From Bacillota bacterium (GTDB lineage: Bacteria; Bacillota; Dethiobacteria; DTU022; UBA8154): DNA of 64,000 nt. Below are positions 60,925 to 64,000 of the stretch, one piece after another. The notes under the pieces were generated by a model. That model made no database searches. It worked only from the letters and a program-made list of their open reading frames with translations, and had not been told where the DNA came from. A program made the position numbers and the translations under genes. Each line of letters starts with the position of its first letter. The first letter of the stretch is position 1. The DNA is taken from the NCBI GenBank assembly GCA_012728375.1, contig JAAYFF010000080.1, forward strand, positions 167-64,166. The letters run 5' to 3'.

Positions 60925-61137
60925 GTTAGGCTCCATCCCTTTAACAGTATTGATGCAAATCATGCACTCTTGTACTAAGCTTATCGGCAAGAAAAATAAG
61001 GCATTAAAGTGCCGGAAAGAAAAAAATGTGATAAAATTAGCGTAACTGCAGGAAAGGTTAATTTATATAAGTGAAGCTGCGGGGACGATTCGAGCGTCTC
61101 CGCAGCTAAGAAAAAAAACAATTCGGAGGATAGAAAT

Positions 61138-62163
61138 TTATCCCGCCATTGTTTGAGTATTGCTTTTATCTTCCTGGAAATGTCTGTTTACAGGGACTGT
61201 TTCCCCCAGACGATGGAAATATGCTTTTTCCAAGTGAAGCTGTTCATTAAAAACCAGCGTTAGTTTGTAAAAAAAGTCGGATTTGTCCTTAAAGCGCAGA
61301 TCAATAAATTTGACAATGTGTTTGTTTTTATCCTGCCAGCTATTAATATGGTATAAAGAAGTAAATTGGCGGAAAAATTTTCCAGGAATAGTTTGCAGGG
61401 CCTTCAGAACTACAGGGGTATGTTCGCTTTTGGGCAGGGATTGTTTCCGGCAGATACCCGGACCGGGTAAATTCAGCGTTCCAAACAGCATTTCCTTGGG
61501 AGCTTCAATAACAAAGTCCCAGTTAGCGATGCCCCGCAGTGCCGGCAAAACGGAGAGCTTTATTCTGCTCTTTGGCGCGCTGAATTTATTCCGCAAAAAA
61601 TGCTCTACTTTCATGCGGATAATAAGGCGTAGTAACAGGTAAAGACCCGTTAATCCCAGAGAAAGGCAAGCAACTTTGTGCGGTGCCCAGCTGGAGAAAA
61701 AAACAGGGAGAAAAAGGAAAACTAAAAATGGATCAAAAAACATGAGCAGATTGCCTGCACACCGTTTTGACGAAAAGGGCCAAAAGAGGAGCGTGCCGTA
61801 AGAGTTTAAAGAATCAAGAATTCCATGGGATATGGCGCCGGCCGCAGCCCAGAAAAAGTATTCTAATGGATTGCCCCGGTAATCGAGGAAAAATAATCCT
61901 GCAATTACTGCTGAGAGGACTATAAAACCCGCTAGGGAATGGGTTGCTCCCCGGTGGTTTCTGATAAAGTACAGATCTCCCTTAAGCATGGCCACAACAT
62001 CCAGGTCGGGGGCAACTGCCCCCAGCAAAGCTGCGCCGTAAACGGGATTATAAGGTGAAAGAGGCTCATTGCTAAGAGCACCTATTGCCAAGCCAACAAT
62101 TCCATGGGTAAAAGGATCCACCGGAAACACTCCTAATGGGCTTACTTGGTTTACATAATACAC
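61138..62163 (-). CDS. Membrane-bound metal-dependent hydrolase family (DUF457/YdjM-like) with extra C-terminal domain
   Basis: 'HRGATHSLAG' and 'HGILDSLNSYGTLLFWPF' motifs. Multiple TM segments. Soluble extension of about 150 aa. Confidence 0.5.
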   Translation of the reverse strand: MYYVNQVSPLGVFPVDPFTHGIVGLAIGALSNEPLSPYNPVYGAALLGAVAPDLDVVAMLKGDLYFIRNHRGATHSLAGFIVLSAVIAGLFFLDYRGNPLEYFFWAAAGAISHGILDSLNSYGTLLFWPFSSKRCAGNLLMFFDPFLVFLFLPVFFSSWAPHKVACLSLGLTGLYLLLRLIIRMKVEHFLRNKFSAPKSRIKLSVLPALRGIANWDFVIEAPKEMLFGTLNLPGPGICRKQSLPKSEHTPVVLKALQTIPGKFFRQFTSLYHINSWQDKNKHIVKFIDLRFKDKSDFFYKLTLVFNEQLHLEKAYFHRLGETVPVNRHFQEDKSNTQTMAG

Positions 62164-62366
62164 GTATCATTATAGCACAGCTAAATGGAAAAAAGAGAAG
62201 AAAATAACGGTAAAAGCGAATTAAAAATGTAAGTGTTGTTCTTTTCCCTGAAGTATAGTAATGATTTTGCTCAAATAATGGACATGAATGTTTTCGTTCT
62301 TTCATAAAGTGTATTAGAAAGGCAGTTTTTTGCTCAAAAAACCGCGGCAAAGGGGGGCTTGCACAG

Positions 62367-63197
62367 ATGAGTAGAAAGAGTGCATTATGGGTCCTGGTTA
62401 TCGTTCTTATTGCGGCTGTCTGGTTTAGTTACAGGGCGGGGCCGGAGAAAAGGCTTTCCACGGAGCATGACGGCAATACGCTTGTTGAAGAGGATTTTAA
62501 CGTGCAAGAACGAGGGGACGAGGAGGTTGCAGGTGACATTAAGCTGGAGTATTTAGGACATTCCGCTTTTTTGCTGGAGGCGGAGGGTTTCAGGTGTTTA
62601 ATGGATCCCTACTCTCCCCAGGTTGGCTATGGAACCTTAGAGGTAGAAGCGGATGTGGTTACCATAAGCCATGAGCATATGGATCACAATTACGCGGCTG
62701 CTGCTTCTGAAGCCAAAGTTTTAAGGGGCCTCACTCCCGACGGCCTTGGCTGGGAAGATATTGCCTTCTCCGAGGGTAAGATAAGCATTTTTGGCTTGTC
62801 CACTTACCACGACAGTGCGTCCGGTAAACTGCGGGGAAGAAATATGGCGTTTGTTTTTGACATCGGCGATGTTAGACTGGTGCATCTGGGTGACCTTGGA
62901 CATATTCTTGGCGAGTCGGATGTGGAGAAGCTAAGCCCTGTGGATGTTCTCCTTGTTCCCGTGGGAGGGCATTATACCATTGATGCCGCGGAAGCAAAGG
63001 AGGTCGTGCAACAACTTTCTCCCTCCGTTGTCATCCCCATGCACTACCAGACGAGTACAACTCAGAATTGGCCAATAGAAACAGTTAAAACATTTCTGGA
63101 AGGGGAAAATGTCAGGGAAAAGGAGAGCCGGGTATTGATTTCCCGGAATTCATTGCCCGAGGAAAGAGAGATTTGGGTGCTTGAAAGGAAGGAGTGA
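62367..63197 (+). CDS. Secreted/membrane-anchored MBL-fold metallo-hydrolase
   Basis: Signal anchor 'LWVLVIVLIAAVWF'. 'SHEHMDHN' HxHxDH motif. Confidence 0.75.
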   Translation: MSRKSALWVLVIVLIAAVWFSYRAGPEKRLSTEHDGNTLVEEDFNVQERGDEEVAGDIKLEYLGHSAFLLEAEGFRCLMDPYSPQVGYGTLEVEADVVTISHEHMDHNYAAAASEAKVLRGLTPDGLGWEDIAFSEGKISIFGLSTYHDSASGKLRGRNMAFVFDIGDVRLVHLGDLGHILGESDVEKLSPVDVLLVPVGGHYTIDAAEAKEVVQQLSPSVVIPMHYQTSTTQNWPIETVKTFLEGENVREKESRVLISRNSLPEEREIWVLERKE

Positions 63198-63204
63198 CCG
63201 GCTG

Positions 63205-63813
63205 TTGTTTTTAAAAATAAAAAGAAACGGTTTTACCGGAATTGCTTTAACCTGCTTTTTACTCTTTTTTATATTAACTGTTGCCGGATTTTGTTTAGCC
63301 GGGTGCGGGAAGCAATTATCCCTTCCGCCGGAGACTAAAACACCTGCTAATAGCAGCGAAGAGGCGGAAAACGAGCTGGGCGGGCCGGAAACAGAGGAAC
63401 CGCATGCTGTGGTTCTGTACTTTGCCGATAAGCAGGCTGCATGCCTGGTCAAAGAAGAAAGGGCTATCACAGAAGAAGATAAAGACCCCCGTATCTTTGC
63501 CCTGGAGGCTTTAATAGAGGGGCCGGTAAATTCCGGTCTGGAGCGGACAATTCCTGCTGACGCCAAAGTGTTGGATATATCTGTTGAGCGCGGGATCGCC
63601 CAGGTTAATTTTTCCCGTGAACTGCAAACCAGCCATTGGGGCGGGTCTACCGGGGAAATACTTACGGTTTATTCAATTGTCAATACACTGTCCCAGTTTC
63701 CGGAAATTGAACAAGTAAAAATTATCATTGAAGGCGCAGAAATAGAGAGCCTTGCAGGCCATATGGAGTTAGATAAACCTCTTGAGCCGGATTTCGGGTT
63801 GCTTTCACCTTAA
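63205..63813 (+). CDS. GerMN domain lipoprotein (sporulation/germination GerM-like)
   Basis: TTG 63205 after GGAAGGAG RBS. Lipobox 'LAGC'. GerMN-like region 'HAVVLYFAD...ALIEGP'. Confidence 0.55.
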   Translation: MFLKIKRNGFTGIALTCFLLFFILTVAGFCLAGCGKQLSLPPETKTPANSSEEAENELGGPETEEPHAVVLYFADKQAACLVKEERAITEEDKDPRIFALEALIEGPVNSGLERTIPADAKVLDISVERGIAQVNFSRELQTSHWGGSTGEILTVYSIVNTLSQFPEIEQVKIIIEGAEIESLAGHMELDKPLEPDFGLLSP

Positions 63814-63837
63814 AGGCTCCGGCAGGAGAAAAGTTTA

Positions 63838-64000
63838 CTTGCAATCCTCGCCATTTACTTCATGCCACAGTTCCTGCATAATTAATTCAGGAAGAATGGC
63901 GCAGTCTTCTATGGGTAAATAGTGGGTTGCGGAAGTATCGAAAAGAACATTGTCCGCAAGGGAAAACTCTCTATCGTTGTGCCAGGAGACAAAAATAACC
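63838..64000 (-). CDS. C-terminal fragment of an unidentified ORF running off the window end
   Basis: Open minus-strand frame ending in TAA at 63838-40. Tail '...VIFVSWHNDREFSLADNVLFDTSATHYLPIEDCAILPELIMQELWHEVNGEDCK'. Confidence 0.3.

Noticed and set aside
62164-62366. LexA (Cheo) box upstream of the DUF457 gene, expected because B. subtilis ydjM is LexA-regulated
   Set aside because: Only a poor partial match (GAATGTTTTCGTTC, wrong spacing) was found.

Overview
The window is a core chromosomal segment from a spore-forming Firmicute (Clostridia-like, roughly 45% GC), annotated from six-frame translations and motif reading only. It starts just to one side of the replication origin and is strongly syntenic with two Bacillus subtilis regions. 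The first is the origin-proximal region: soj/parA, spo0J/parB with a perfect parS, yyaC, yyzM, ychF, rpsF-ssb-rpsR, rplI, dnaB, walR-walK-yycH-yycI, htrA, rlmH. The second is the ywj/ywk/ywl region: pyrG, tal, glpX, rho, rpmE, prfA, prmC, spoIIR, tsaC, ywlE, rpiB, glyA. At the position where Bacillus carries upp and the F1Fo atp operon, this genome has a minimal chlamydia/spirochaete-type V-ATPase operon (atpE, DUF2764, A, B, D, I, K). Lineage-specific content includes a bactofilin plus M23 peptidase pair directly after parAB-parS, and three further catalytically intact M23 peptidases. It also includes a Lon-like protease between rplI and dnaB, an archaeal-type pdaD-speE-speB polyamine operon, sigG placed next to spoIIR, and a yaaL-bofA pair. 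I found no mobile elements, CRISPR arrays, rRNA or tRNA genes, and no obvious defence island; the window is mostly housekeeping with local oddities. The more interesting points are a structured leader candidate upstream of pdaD and rlmH apparently initiating at an AUU codon. There is also a frameshifted Na+/Ca2+ exchanger remnant between glpX and rho. An in-frame TGA splits a signal-anchor ORF from an M23 domain ORF, and two gene-free regions of 0.5 and 1.15 kb are unexplained.
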